Notes: generated by a model not told the origin, from the letters alone. Counted from the stretch's first letter, positions 18,012 to 27,241 are shown. The stretch: 43,274 nucleotides of DNA from an uncultured archaeon (GCA_964605745.1 CAZSDT010000004.1:1-43274); one strand, 5' to 3'. Made by a program: numbers and translations.

Positions 18012-19541
18012 TTAATTAAAATCTGAAATTGTTTTAAGAACTTTTTCTGGGTTGTAATAATAGGTATCAATTACTTCAAGAACCTCTAATGGTTTTCTTA
18101 TGCCTTCCTTAAGCATCCACTCCAAAACTTTTCTTCTAATAATAATTTCATTCATTACAGCTAATTTTGAAATAGAATTTTTAACTGCAATTTCTTCCAA
18201 AATTGTTCCTGAAATACCGGTTCTTTTTAATGAATCACTCTTATCTTCAAAATCAAACAAAGCACCGAATAATACTTTATCATCCATTCTTGACAACTCT
18301 ACAATTTGAGTAACTCTTCTTTGCATACCTTTCTCCTTCGAATATCTTCGCTGCATAATAACTATTATATCAAGAAGAGGAATCATGGATTGGGGAACCG
18401 AAAGGGGTTTCTCTTGCAATTTTACTACCGCTTCACGAGCGTTATTTGCATGAATTGTTCCTAAACAACCTTGGTGTCCAGTATCCATTGCATTAAACAA
18501 AGACAAAGCTTCTTCGCCACGCACTTCACCAATAATTAATCTATCAGGACGCATACGCATTGCATTCTTTAATAAAGAATCCATCAAAACTTCTCCGTTA
18601 GGATTACTTCGTGATTCAAGCGCAACCCAATTTTCTCTAGCTAAAAGAGAAAGTTCAATTGTATCTTCAATCGAAATAACTCTTTCATTTAATCTAATAA
18701 AATTTGAAAGAATATTCAAAAAAGTTGTTTTACCAGAAGCTGTTCCACCAGCAACAATTAAATTCTGTGGGGAATTACCAAAACCTTCAACTATCAGCCA
18801 CAAAAAAGCTGCAGCTTCACTTGAAATAGTATTATTTTCAATCAAATCTAAAATTGTTAATGGAATCGTTGAAAATTTTCTAATAGTTAATGTGGCGCCA
18901 GTCGGAGATAACTCAGAAATAGTTGCATTTACTCTTGAACCATCAGGTAAGCGAGCATCCAAAACTGCATTCCTCCCGCCAAGCTCCCGCCCTATCGTAA
19001 GAGCAATTTTTTGAATAATATCAGTTAAATCTTTTTCACTCAAAATAATATCAGTTCTACACATCCCATATTTTTTATGAAAAACAAAAATATTTTGAGG
19101 GGAATTAACCATTAATTCTTCCAAATCATCATCAAGAGAAAAAAAAGACAATTGCTTTAGACCAATTGAATTGTACAAAACATACGCAGAAAATAATTTT
19201 TTATCAACTATAAATTTTATTTGAGTTGTTAACTTTTGAAACGTGTTTAAAAGAAAATCAAAATCTTTTTTTGATGGAAGTTTTTCACTTAAGGAATTTA
19301 ATTGAATATATGAAACTACTTCATCAAAAAATTCATCATTAAAATCCTCTGGCAAACCTTCAAACTTTTTTTTAAACACTGAACCTTTTTGAATTTCTTT
19401 AACTAAAAAATCAGCTAAATTCTTTTCCTTTTCTGAAAAAATTGGAGCTTTTGGAGAATAAAAATTATTAGCTAATCCTTGATGAATGTCTGCAAAGGAA
19501 TTATTTTCAAGAAGAGTTAATTTAACTTCTGTAAATTGCAT
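18012..19541 (-). CDS. Second FlaI/VirB11-family secretion ATPase (full length, orphan)
   Basis: DARLPDGSRVNATI, Walker A GGTASGKTT, DRLIIGEVR, TGHQGCLGTIHAN. No platform or pilin gene is adjacent. Confidence 0.85.
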   Translation of the reverse strand: MQFTEVKLTLLENNSFADIHQGLANNFYSPKAPIFSEKEKNLADFLVKEIQKGSVFKKKFEGLPEDFNDEFFDEVVSYIQLNSLSEKLPSKKDFDFLLNTFQKLTTQIKFIVDKKLFSAYVLYNSIGLKQLSFFSLDDDLEELMVNSPQNIFVFHKKYGMCRTDIILSEKDLTDIIQKIALTIGRELGGRNAVLDARLPDGSRVNATISELSPTGATLTIRKFSTIPLTILDLIENNTISSEAAAFLWLIVEGFGNSPQNLIVAGGTASGKTTFLNILSNFIRLNERVISIEDTIELSLLARENWVALESRSNPNGEVLMDSLLKNAMRMRPDRLIIGEVRGEEALSLFNAMDTGHQGCLGTIHANNAREAVVKLQEKPLSVPQSMIPLLDIIVIMQRRYSKEKGMQRRVTQIVELSRMDDKVLFGALFDFEDKSDSLKRTGISGTILEEIAVKNSISKLAVMNEIIIRRKVLEWMLKEGIRKPLEVLEVIDTYYYNPEKVLKTISDFN

Positions 19542-19552
19542 CTAGAAACACG

Positions 19553-19564
19553 TTTATATATAAA
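19553..19564. promoter_or_regulatory. Palindromic TATA element (tttatatataaa) in the divergent ATPase/cca intergenic region
   Basis: 12-nt perfect palindrome, 12-23 nt from the ATPase start codon (19541, minus strand) and 38-49 nt from the cca ATG (19602). A second tatataa follows at ~19574. Confidence 0.35.
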
Positions 19565-19601
19565 GAAAAGGAGTATATAAGTTATTCTAAAATGTGAAAA
19601 A

Positions 19602-20966
19602 ATGGAAAAAATACTTTCAATTGTATCAAAAAAAATTACCCCTTCAAAAAAAGAAATACAATCAGAAGAAGAGCTGGTTAGAGAAATAAGGCAGAAATTA
19701 TCAAAAATTAAAGGAAAACACTCTTATCTTGAATGGTGCGGTTCAAGCGCAAGAGGTACACATTTATGCGGGGATAGAGATTTGGATTTATTCATAATGT
19801 TTGATAAAAAATTAAATGAAGAAGAACTGGAAAAAGAAGGACTCAAAACCGCCAAAAAATTATTCAAAGGGTCAAAATGGGAAAAAGCATACTCTCAGCA
19901 CCCATACTTACGAGGAGTAATTAAAGGATTTGAAGTAGAACTTGTGCCAAGCTACATTGTTGAATCAGGTGCAGAAAAAAAAAGCGCGGTGGATAGAACC
20001 CCCTTTCATAATAAATATTTGTTAGAAAGAATGAATGATAAACAAAAAAATGATGCAAGATTACTTAAACAATTTTTAAAGGGAATTGGGGCATATGGGG
20101 CAGATTTGAAAAACTGCGCACTTCCAGGGTATGGAGTAGAATTATTAATTTTATATTATAATTCATTTGAAAATGCACTTAAAGATATTAGTGAAATGAA
20201 ACACGGAAAAATAATTGATTTTTTGGGCGAAGAAGAAAAAGCAAAACAATTATTTAAAGACCAAAATTATCCTTTAATTATAATTGATCCAGTAGACAAA
20301 AGCAGAAATGTTGCTTCAGCATTAAGCGAAGAACAATTTGAAAGAATGATTTTAGGAGCACAATTATTTTTAAAAAACCCCAGAAAGGAATTCTTTTTTC
20401 CAAAAAAAATAAAGCCTATGAATAAGTGCAAAGTTGAAAAATGTTTAAAACAAAAAGAACTAATTGCAGTAAAAATGCCTTTTCCAAAAAAAGAATTGGC
20501 TGACCTTGTGTGGGGACAATTAAGAAGAGAATTAAGAAAACTAAAAAACCAACTTTTGGAAAATGATTTTATAGTAAACCAAGCAAATCTTTGGAGCGAT
20601 GAAAAGAAAGTTTATTTCTTATTTGAATTAGAGGATATTAACTTACAAAAAGCTAAAAAAATATTTGGGCCAAAAGCAAGCGATGAAGAAAACTCCAAAA
20701 AGTTCCTTGATAAAAAAAGAAAATTGATTTCTGGACCGAGAATAGAAGAAGGAAGATTAGTGTTGGAAATAGAAAGAGAATATACTAATGCAAAAGAATT
20801 TTTACAACACGAATTAAAAAACGAAACTAAAAGCGAAACCAAATCAATCAAATATGGATTAAAAAAAGCAAAAGTATTAACTGAAAAAGAAATACTAAAA
20901 GAATACAAAGGGAACTTTGCAAAATATTTTACAACATATTTAATAGGAAAAGAATCTTTTGAATAG
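19602..20966 (+). CDS. cca: CCA-adding tRNA nucleotidyltransferase, archaeal class I
   Basis: GSSARGTHLCGDRDLDLFIMF (G-S...D-x-D nucleotidyltransferase motif). Length and layout match archaeal Cca. Confidence 0.9.
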   Translation: MEKILSIVSKKITPSKKEIQSEEELVREIRQKLSKIKGKHSYLEWCGSSARGTHLCGDRDLDLFIMFDKKLNEEELEKEGLKTAKKLFKGSKWEKAYSQHPYLRGVIKGFEVELVPSYIVESGAEKKSAVDRTPFHNKYLLERMNDKQKNDARLLKQFLKGIGAYGADLKNCALPGYGVELLILYYNSFENALKDISEMKHGKIIDFLGEEEKAKQLFKDQNYPLIIIDPVDKSRNVASALSEEQFERMILGAQLFLKNPRKEFFFPKKIKPMNKCKVEKCLKQKELIAVKMPFPKKELADLVWGQLRRELRKLKNQLLENDFIVNQANLWSDEKKVYFLFELEDINLQKAKKIFGPKASDEENSKKFLDKKRKLISGPRIEEGRLVLEIEREYTNAKEFLQHELKNETKSETKSIKYGLKKAKVLTEKEILKEYKGNFAKYFTTYLIGKESFE

Positions 20967-21534
20967 GGGCGAAAAATTGATCAATAAAATAATTTTGGAT
21001 ATACAAGCAGTAAAACAAAACGACCCTTCTGCAAAAAATTATTTAGAAATACTTTTATGCCATACCCCATTATGGACAATAATTGCATATAGAATTGCAC
21101 ATGCCTTAACTAAATTAAAATTGAGGTTATTGCCAAAAATGATTATGACTTTAATGAAAGTAATAACAGGAATTGATCTTAATCCATCTGCGCAAATAGG
21201 AAAAAGTTTTTTTATTGATCACGGAGTAGGAGTGGTTATTGGAGAAACTACACAAATCGGAGATAATTGTATATTATTTCAAAATGTTACTCTTGGCGGA
21301 ACTGGAAAACACACTAAAAAAAGACACCCAACTATTGGAAACAATGTTCTAATTGGAGTAGGAGCAACTATTTTAGGACCGGTTAGTGTTGGAAATAATG
21401 TAAAAATTGGAGCAGATACTTTTGTTATAATGAAAAATATTCCATCTAACTGCACGGTTGTCGGAGCGCCAGGAAAAATTGTTAAAATAAACGGGAAAAA
21501 AACAAATCTTTCGCTTAAAAAAACAACTAATTGA
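20959..21534 (+). CDS. cysE: Serine O-acetyltransferase (hexapeptide transferase)
   Basis: NDPSAKNYLEILLCHTPLWTIIAYRIAH plus IDHGVGVVIGETTQIGDNCILFQNVTLGG. The conserved N-terminal region lies upstream of any ATG, so a TTG start (20959 or 20977) is required. Overlaps cca by 8 nt. Confidence 0.8.
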   Translation: MNRGEKLINKIILDIQAVKQNDPSAKNYLEILLCHTPLWTIIAYRIAHALTKLKLRLLPKMIMTLMKVITGIDLNPSAQIGKSFFIDHGVGVVIGETTQIGDNCILFQNVTLGGTGKHTKKRHPTIGNNVLIGVGATILGPVSVGNNVKIGADTFVIMKNIPSNCTVVGAPGKIVKINGKKTNLSLKKTTN

Positions 21535-21549
21535 AGTAATAAAAAAAAG

Positions 21550-21638
21550 CGGGCCTGGAGGGAATCGAACCCCCATCCCGGGATTTCTTCACTAAAAAGC
21601 CCCGAAGTCCCGTCGCTTATCCATTGGCAGACAGGCCC
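21550..21638 (-). tRNA. tRNA-Arg (anticodon UCG) with a 17-nt canonical intron
   Basis: Hand-folded cloverleaf: acceptor GGGCCTG/CAGGCCC, anticodon stem CGGGA/TCCCG, loop C-U-UCG-G, T arm GGGGG-TTCGATT-CCCTC, discriminator G. No encoded CCA. Confidence 0.85.
21585..21601 (-). other. tRNA intron (GGCTTTTTAGTGAAGAA) at position 37/38 in a bulge-helix-bulge motif
   Basis: CTTC (nt 32-35) pairs with GAAG of the intron as a 4-bp helix. It is flanked by 3-nt bulges (GGG and AAA) and an inner GCT/AGT helix. Confidence 0.75.
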
Positions 21639-21841
21639 ATTAAAATAAATAATACCCCCCTCAATTTTTAACCTTTAGGGAAAGAAGAAATTACAAAAAA
21701 CAACAAAATTAACTTTTTCTATCAACAAAAAATACATTACCAATTCATTGTTACTTTTTAGAGCACAAATGAACCTTTTTAAAGGTTCCACTCAAAGAAA
21801 TATTGTATTAGAAAGTTAAGTCTTGTAAAGCTGGTGAAAAT

Positions 21842-21997
21842 ATGAAAACATGCACAACATGCAATAAAGTTGTTACAAACAAACATATAGAATTCAAATG
21901 CCCAGAATGTGGTAAATCAACAATAGTTAGATGCGAAAGTTGCAAAAAAGATGCAAAAGTATACAAATGCAAAGAATGCGGGTTTGTTGGACCGTAA
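21842..21997 (+). CDS. Zn-ribbon protein (COG2888-like, translation-associated); not in the ORF track
   Basis: MKTCTTCNKVVTNKHIEFKCPECGKSTIVRCESCKKDAKVYKCKECGFVGP has four CxxC pairs. It sits upstream of aEF-1beta, the usual archaeal pairing. Confidence 0.7.
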   Translation: MKTCTTCNKVVTNKHIEFKCPECGKSTIVRCESCKKDAKVYKCKECGFVGP

Positions 21998-22047
21998 AAT
22001 AATAAATTTAATTTTAGAAACAGAATAATTAAAACACAGGGATATTT

Positions 22048-22308
22048 ATGGGAAAAATAATGGTAATATTTAAAGTATTCTGTGACCCTGAACATTTAGA
22101 TGCTGTTGAAAAATCTTTAAGGGCAATAACTGTCGGAGAATTTAAAGATTTAAAGAGAGAACCAATTGGTTTTGGAATAGAAGTAATACGAGTAGGCTAC
22201 TTAATATCTGATAAAACTGAAGGAGTTATGAATTTGCTTGAAGATGCAGTAAAAGCAACTCCATTAATTAACCAAGCAGAAGTAGAAGTTGCAACTATAA
22301 TAAGTTAA
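22048..22308 (+). CDS. ef1b: Translation elongation factor aEF-1 beta
   Basis: An 86-aa protein. MVIFKVFCDPEHLDAVEKSL...PIGFGIEVIRVGYLISDKTEG...QAEVEVATII matches the aEF-1beta pattern. Confidence 0.85.
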   Translation: MGKIMVIFKVFCDPEHLDAVEKSLRAITVGEFKDLKREPIGFGIEVIRVGYLISDKTEGVMNLLEDAVKATPLINQAEVEVATIIS

Positions 22309-22363
22309 ATTCAAATCAATTCAAAAAAAAACTTAATTCTTATTTTATTTTAAATAAATTAGA

Positions 22364-22386
22364 ATGCAATGCACCCTTGCATTTTT
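22364..22386 (+). terminator. Hairpin plus T5 after ef1b
   Basis: ATGCAAtgcacccTTGCATtttt: a 6-bp stem and 7-nt loop, followed by TTTTT. Confidence 0.4.
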
Positions 22387-22413
22387 AATGATTTTCTGAT
22401 TAATAATTAATGT

Positions 22414-24858
22414 ATGATCACTTCCCTTAGTCTGATAAATTGGAGAACACACTCACAAACCACGCTTGAATTTGGGAAAGGAACTAATGTAATTGTCGGA
22501 GTAATGGGAAGTGGAAAAAGTTCAATTGTAAATGCTATTTGTTATTCCTTATTTGGAACATTTCCAGCACTAAAAAACAGAAGTGTTTCATTAGAAGAAG
22601 TAATAATGAACAAACCAAACACCCAAAATTTTGCCCAAACAAAAATAGAATTTAAACAAGAAGACAAAAATTACCGCGTGGAAAGAATAATTAAAAGAGA
22701 TTCTACGAACGAGGCAAAGCTATATGAAAATGATAAATTAATCGCCGGACCAAAACAAAAAGATGTAAATGAAAAAGTTGAACACCTTCTCGGACTCAAT
22801 TATGAACTTTTTAGCAGAGCTGTTTATTCTGAACAAAACGAAATGGATTTCTTTTTGAAACTATCCCCATCTGAAAGAAAAAATAAATTTGATGAACTAC
22901 TTGAACTTGAAAAATATGAAATTGCAAGAAAAAACGCAATTGCCCTGCAAAATGATTTGGCTAAGGAAAATAAACAAAGAAAAGAACTTATTGATTCACA
23001 AAAAGAGGCAATTAAAAGCCACGAAGAGGAAAAAATATTAAATCAAATAAAAGAAGAAGAAAAAGTAATTTTAATACTTGAAAAAGAACAAAGCGAATTG
23101 ACAAAAACAATTCCAAAAATTGAAAAAACGCACTCTGAGCTTTTAGAAAAAGAAAAAATACAAAAAAATCTTGAAGAAACAAAATTGAAAACAACAGAAC
23201 GAATAAAATCTTTGCAAGAATTTTTAATTAAAAACAAAATTATTAATGAAACAAAAACACAAGAAGAACTAGAAGAGCAAAAGCATAAACTGAAAGTAGA
23301 AACTGATTTGTTGACAAAAATTTCCAATACACTTGAAGATTTACTTAGAAAAGAAAAAGAAAACAAGCTAATTGAAGATTTAATATTGAAAATGAATTCT
23401 AAAATAGAAACTTTCAAAGAGGACTTGGCAAAAAACCCAAAAACTGATTTAAGTGAAACAAATAAACTTTTGGAAAAAACACAAAAAGAATTAGAAGATA
23501 ACAAATTAAAATTTAAAGATATAGAAAATAATGAAAAGGAATTATTGTTAATAATAAAAAAATGTGATGAAGAAATAAAAATAAACGAACACGAAATAAG
23601 CAAAATTACAATTGAAGAGGATGAAATATCAAAACTTACGGGAAAATGTCCTACTTGCAGGCAAGAATTAAATGAAGAACACAAAACGCACCTAACTAAG
23701 GAATTGACTCAAAAACTTAAAGAACTTGAAAAACAAAACGAAAAAGTTTTGCAAAATAAAAAAGCAACTGAAGAAAACTTAAAATTAGTTCAAACTGAAA
23801 AAGAAGAAACCAAAAAAATTAATGAAGACAAAACTAAACAAAAATATGAACTTGAATCAACTCAAAAAAGATTAATTGAACTTGAAGAAAAAATAAAAAT
23901 ATGCAAAAATTTAGAAGAAGAACTGCCAAAATTAAAAAAACAATTAATAGATATTGGATTTAACAAGGAAAATCTTGAAAGCGCAAGGCAAAATCAAAAT
24001 AATTCCAATAAGAAAATTAGTGAAATTAAAAACCAAATATCATTAAAAGAACAGGAACTTAAACTTGCTGTAGAAAAAAAGCAAAAAGAAGAACAACTTA
24101 ACAAAGAAAATGAATTAATAAATAAAACTGAAGAAGAACTTATAAAAAACAATTTTAATAAAAAAGAACTTGAAAAAATTAAGGAAGAATTAAATCTAAA
24201 TAAAACAAATCTTGCTATTACTTTGGAAAAAATAAAGTCAAAAAATGAATTAAAGAAGAGTTATGAATTAACTCTTGAAAAAATTACTCAAATAAAAAAA
24301 TCAATTAAAGAGCAAGAAGAACATAATGAAAAATCCACAAAAGCCAGCGAAAAATTGGGTGTGTTTGCAAATTGTTTAATTGCAACACAAATTGAATTAC
24401 GCGAAGCTATGCTTGATACTATTAATCAGGCAATGACAACTATTTGGCAAGAAGTTTATCCTTATGCGGATTTTGTTGATGCAAGACTCTGTGTTGTAGA
24501 AGGAGGATATGATTTACAAGTACTTACAAGAAATAGTGAATGGACTCGAGTAGAAGGAATACTTTCTGGCGGAGAAAGAAGTGCTGCGGCGCTTTGCATT
24601 AGAATTGCTTTTGCGCTAGTCTTGACTAAAAAATTATCAATGCTCATACTTGATGAACCAACCCACAATCTTGATACAAACGCAATTTCTAAATTAAGCG
24701 AAATGCTGCGCGAAAAACTACCAAAATTAGTTGAACAAATATTTGTTATAACCCATGATAAAAATTTAGAAAATGCGGCATCGTGCAATTTATATTTATT
24801 GAAAAGAGACAAAAACAGCGATGAACCAACTAAAGTAGAACAAATTTCGGCTTACTGA
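22414..24858 (+). CDS. rad50: Rad50 DNA double-strand break repair ATPase
   Basis: Walker A GVMGSGKSS, long K/E-rich coiled coil, zinc hook CPTC, signature LSGGERSAAAL, Walker B MLILDEPT, VITHD. Confidence 0.9.
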   Translation: MITSLSLINWRTHSQTTLEFGKGTNVIVGVMGSGKSSIVNAICYSLFGTFPALKNRSVSLEEVIMNKPNTQNFAQTKIEFKQEDKNYRVERIIKRDSTNEAKLYENDKLIAGPKQKDVNEKVEHLLGLNYELFSRAVYSEQNEMDFFLKLSPSERKNKFDELLELEKYEIARKNAIALQNDLAKENKQRKELIDSQKEAIKSHEEEKILNQIKEEEKVILILEKEQSELTKTIPKIEKTHSELLEKEKIQKNLEETKLKTTERIKSLQEFLIKNKIINETKTQEELEEQKHKLKVETDLLTKISNTLEDLLRKEKENKLIEDLILKMNSKIETFKEDLAKNPKTDLSETNKLLEKTQKELEDNKLKFKDIENNEKELLLIIKKCDEEIKINEHEISKITIEEDEISKLTGKCPTCRQELNEEHKTHLTKELTQKLKELEKQNEKVLQNKKATEENLKLVQTEKEETKKINEDKTKQKYELESTQKRLIELEEKIKICKNLEEELPKLKKQLIDIGFNKENLESARQNQNNSNKKISEIKNQISLKEQELKLAVEKKQKEEQLNKENELINKTEEELIKNNFNKKELEKIKEELNLNKTNLAITLEKIKSKNELKKSYELTLEKITQIKKSIKEQEEHNEKSTKASEKLGVFANCLIATQIELREAMLDTINQAMTTIWQEVYPYADFVDARLCVVEGGYDLQVLTRNSEWTRVEGILSGGERSAAALCIRIAFALVLTKKLSMLILDEPTHNLDTNAISKLSEMLREKLPKLVEQIFVITHDKNLENAASCNLYLLKRDKNSDEPTKVEQISAY

Positions 24859-24966
24859 ATAATAAAATAAATTAATTAAATAAAATAATTTTAAAAAAAT
24901 TGGAAAAACACTTAATAAAATACTTATTGAAATAAAAAAAATAGATTAAAAGCTATTAAACTAAAT

Positions 24967-25173
24967 TTACTTTAGTTCATTAGCTTTCTTTTTCTTTGCT
25001 TCTCTAACAATATAACCAGCAAGAATATTTCTTGTAGTTTTTGATAAATGCAAATCCTTAATATTATTTAATTCAGTTTTGTTTTTCTCAAAATTTTCCC
25101 CAAATTTTTCAGGAAATTCTTCAAGCAAAACTTCTCCCTTATACTTAGTTTGTTTAGCTACTGATTTACCCAT
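24967..25173 (-). CDS. rps17e: Ribosomal protein S17e
   Basis: MGKSVAKQTKYKGEVLLEEFPEKFGENFEKNK...TRNILAGYIVREAKK. ATG 25173 is preferred because it has a GGTGAT SD-like element upstream and removes the overlap with rpoK. Confidence 0.8.
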   Translation of the reverse strand: MGKSVAKQTKYKGEVLLEEFPEKFGENFEKNKTELNNIKDLHLSKTTRNILAGYIVREAKKKKANELK

Positions 25174-25189
25174 TTTTAAATCACCAAAT

Positions 25190-25399
25190 TTATTCGAATA
25201 ATTCAACTCTCTTAATCATTCCATTAGGGAACTTTCTAAGAACTGATAAAGGCAAAACTTTCTGTAAAAATTCTTTTTCAGCAACTTGAAGCATACTAAG
25301 TTCGCTAGTTCTTTTAACTAAAGGAGGAGCTCCTAAAGATAATTGCAAAGAACGTGCACTCAAAACTCTTGTTAATTCAAATCTTGTAAGTCTAGACAT
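25190..25399 (-). CDS. rpoK: DNA-directed RNA polymerase subunit K (Rpo6)
   Basis: LTRFELTRVLSARSLQLSLGAPPLV...LPLSVLRKFPNG matches the Rpo6/RpoK core. Confidence 0.85.
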   Translation of the reverse strand: MSRLTRFELTRVLSARSLQLSLGAPPLVKRTSELSMLQVAEKEFLQKVLPLSVLRKFPNGMIKRVELFE

Positions 25400-25510
25400 T
25401 TTAATTCACCAGTAGTTAATATGATAACTTTCATAAAGCAACCTTTAAAAACGTAGCTAAGAGGATGAAAAAAAGAATTAAAATGGCTCATTTTGGCAAA
25501 TAAATGGGTT

Positions 25511-27160
25511 TTATGCAAACACTTTATTTCTTTTATTTGCAAAACCAATTATTTGAGGCTCTGGCAACTTAGTTTCTTTTGCAAAAGCCTTTGCAAGTTT
25601 TAATGAAGAAAAACCTTTTACAAAAGCATTATTTTTATTCGCATTAAGAACCCGATATCCATTTTGCGCAGAAAACTCTTTAAACTTTGAAATAGTTGCT
25701 TCCTGAATGGAAATAATGGATTTAGCAAGCGAAGTTGAGTAAAACTTTGAAGAAGAATTGGTTAATTGATTTGGTAGTTCCAAAAGAACACTATGCAAAG
25801 TGTTGTGAAGAGAACGAGCAAACAAATACCCAAAATTTTCCTTAAAAAACAAATCATTATCAAAAAAACTGGATGCTTTGTGCAAAGAAGCAAGTTTGGA
25901 ATTAGTTAAACGCACCTCTTTTGAAAAAAAACTTTCTTTATTTAAGCAAAACCAATTAAGATCATGAATTGAATTTAAAGAATTTATTGGTGAATTACTT
26001 TTGATTGGTGATGAATTTAATTCAGAATTAACATCTTTACTTGAAATTAATTTTACTCTATTATCAGAAATTAATCTTTTTGCATCAATAAATGGAATTT
26101 GACAAAAATCATCCTTAAAAAAAGGGCCAACTGGAAACGAGTTTAAGAAAAATTCCTTTCTTTTACTTAATCTTACATCCTTGTAAGGCATTTCTTTATG
26201 AAATGAGAAAGAGAAATTATCTGAGGAAGATTCAAAGAAAAAATTATCCTCTAAAAATTGAACTTTTATTAAAGAAGATGGCAGAATATTTTTTGCGTCG
26301 AGAGTAAATGGACTACAGCAAGAACAATTTTTTGTCTCAGGGCCGATGTTGAAAAAAGTATTTGAAAATAAATCAAACCAAATTGAAGAAAAATTTATTT
26401 TTGACAAATCATCTTTTTTTGGAAGAGAATCATAGCCGTTACTAGCAAAAATATTCTTTATTGGTTCAAAAGAAATACTTTGAGCATTCTTAAAAAAAAT
26501 ATTTTCTAAAAACAACTCTACTTTATCATTAATTGATTTAGGAACCATGTTTAATGGAACACAAAGAATATTACTCCAAGAAGAAAGAGTAACTAAAAAC
26601 AAAGCATCTTCTTTATTCATTTTTAGTGCTTCTGAAAATAAAACTTCTTTAGTTAAGACAAATCCCAAATCAAATTTATCCCAAAATAATTTATTTAATT
26701 TTTCTTTTTCTATTTCAACTTTAAACAACAATTCATCTTTCTCCTCAAATACATCAAAAAAAGACCAATTTTTTTCAATTAGAAACGCCCGTTCAGGCTC
26801 TAAAACTATAGGCAAATTATTTGTGTGAATTGCAATTGAAGTACATATTTTTTTTAAATCAGAAAAATTAATTGTTTTTAAAACCAATTTATTTTGCTCT
26901 TCCTCAACATTAAAATTCTTAAAATCGGATTCTAAAATTAAATTTACTAATTTTTCTTTTTCTATTGTATTTGGAAGCAAAACATAAGGAAAAAATTTAT
27001 AACGCTTAACCAATTTTTTGGTTTCGGAAGAAAATTCAACTAACACTTCGTGCCTTTGCTCAATGTAATTTACTTTAGTCAAATAAATCAAGGAAGAATA
27101 ATTCTTGCCTATTTTGAATTGTGAAAAATCTTCACTTAAAACTTCATTTTCTTGTAACAT
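25511..27160 (-). CDS. Truncated family-B DNA polymerase homolog with substituted catalytic carboxylates
   Basis: RYKFFPYVLLP resembles the PolB N-terminal FRPYFY motif. KINFSSIWFDLFSNTFFNIGPET stands in place of motif A (DFxSLYPSIIxxxNxSPDT, Asp to Asn). NGYRVLNANKNNAFV stands in place of motif C (GFKVLYxDTDS, DTD to NKN). No Exo I motif, and only ~30 aa follow motif C. ATG at 27160 is preferred to the track's TTG 27268. Confidence 0.55.
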   Translation of the reverse strand: MLQENEVLSEDFSQFKIGKNYSSLIYLTKVNYIEQRHEVLVEFSSETKKLVKRYKFFPYVLLPNTIEKEKLVNLILESDFKNFNVEEEQNKLVLKTINFSDLKKICTSIAIHTNNLPIVLEPERAFLIEKNWSFFDVFEEKDELLFKVEIEKEKLNKLFWDKFDLGFVLTKEVLFSEALKMNKEDALFLVTLSSWSNILCVPLNMVPKSINDKVELFLENIFFKNAQSISFEPIKNIFASNGYDSLPKKDDLSKINFSSIWFDLFSNTFFNIGPETKNCSCCSPFTLDAKNILPSSLIKVQFLEDNFFFESSSDNFSFSFHKEMPYKDVRLSKRKEFFLNSFPVGPFFKDDFCQIPFIDAKRLISDNRVKLISSKDVNSELNSSPIKSNSPINSLNSIHDLNWFCLNKESFFSKEVRLTNSKLASLHKASSFFDNDLFFKENFGYLFARSLHNTLHSVLLELPNQLTNSSSKFYSTSLAKSIISIQEATISKFKEFSAQNGYRVLNANKNNAFVKGFSSLKLAKAFAKETKLPEPQIIGFANKRNKVFA

Positions 27161-27241
27161 ACAAATGAAGCATTTTTGGTTGCTTAAAAAGGCTTTGAGA
27201 CCAATTTGCCGGCGTAGCAAAATCAAAGATTTTACTTTCAA

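Noticed and set aside
21373-22095. ORF-track entries 21373-21576 (minus strand) and 21808-22095 (minus strand).
   Set aside because: The first runs antisense through the end of cysE and across the tRNA-Arg gene. The second is antisense to the Zn-ribbon gene (four CxxC pairs, plus strand) and to the ef1b start. Neither has recognisable motifs.
23043-23684. 213-aa antisense ORF inside rad50, plus the 23012-23194 and 24462-24812 antisense ORFs.
   Set aside because: The antisense of the GAA/AAA-rich coiled-coil coding sequence gives Phe/Ser/Leu-rich low-complexity ORFs. The rad50 frame has all the ABC-ATPase and zinc-hook motifs.
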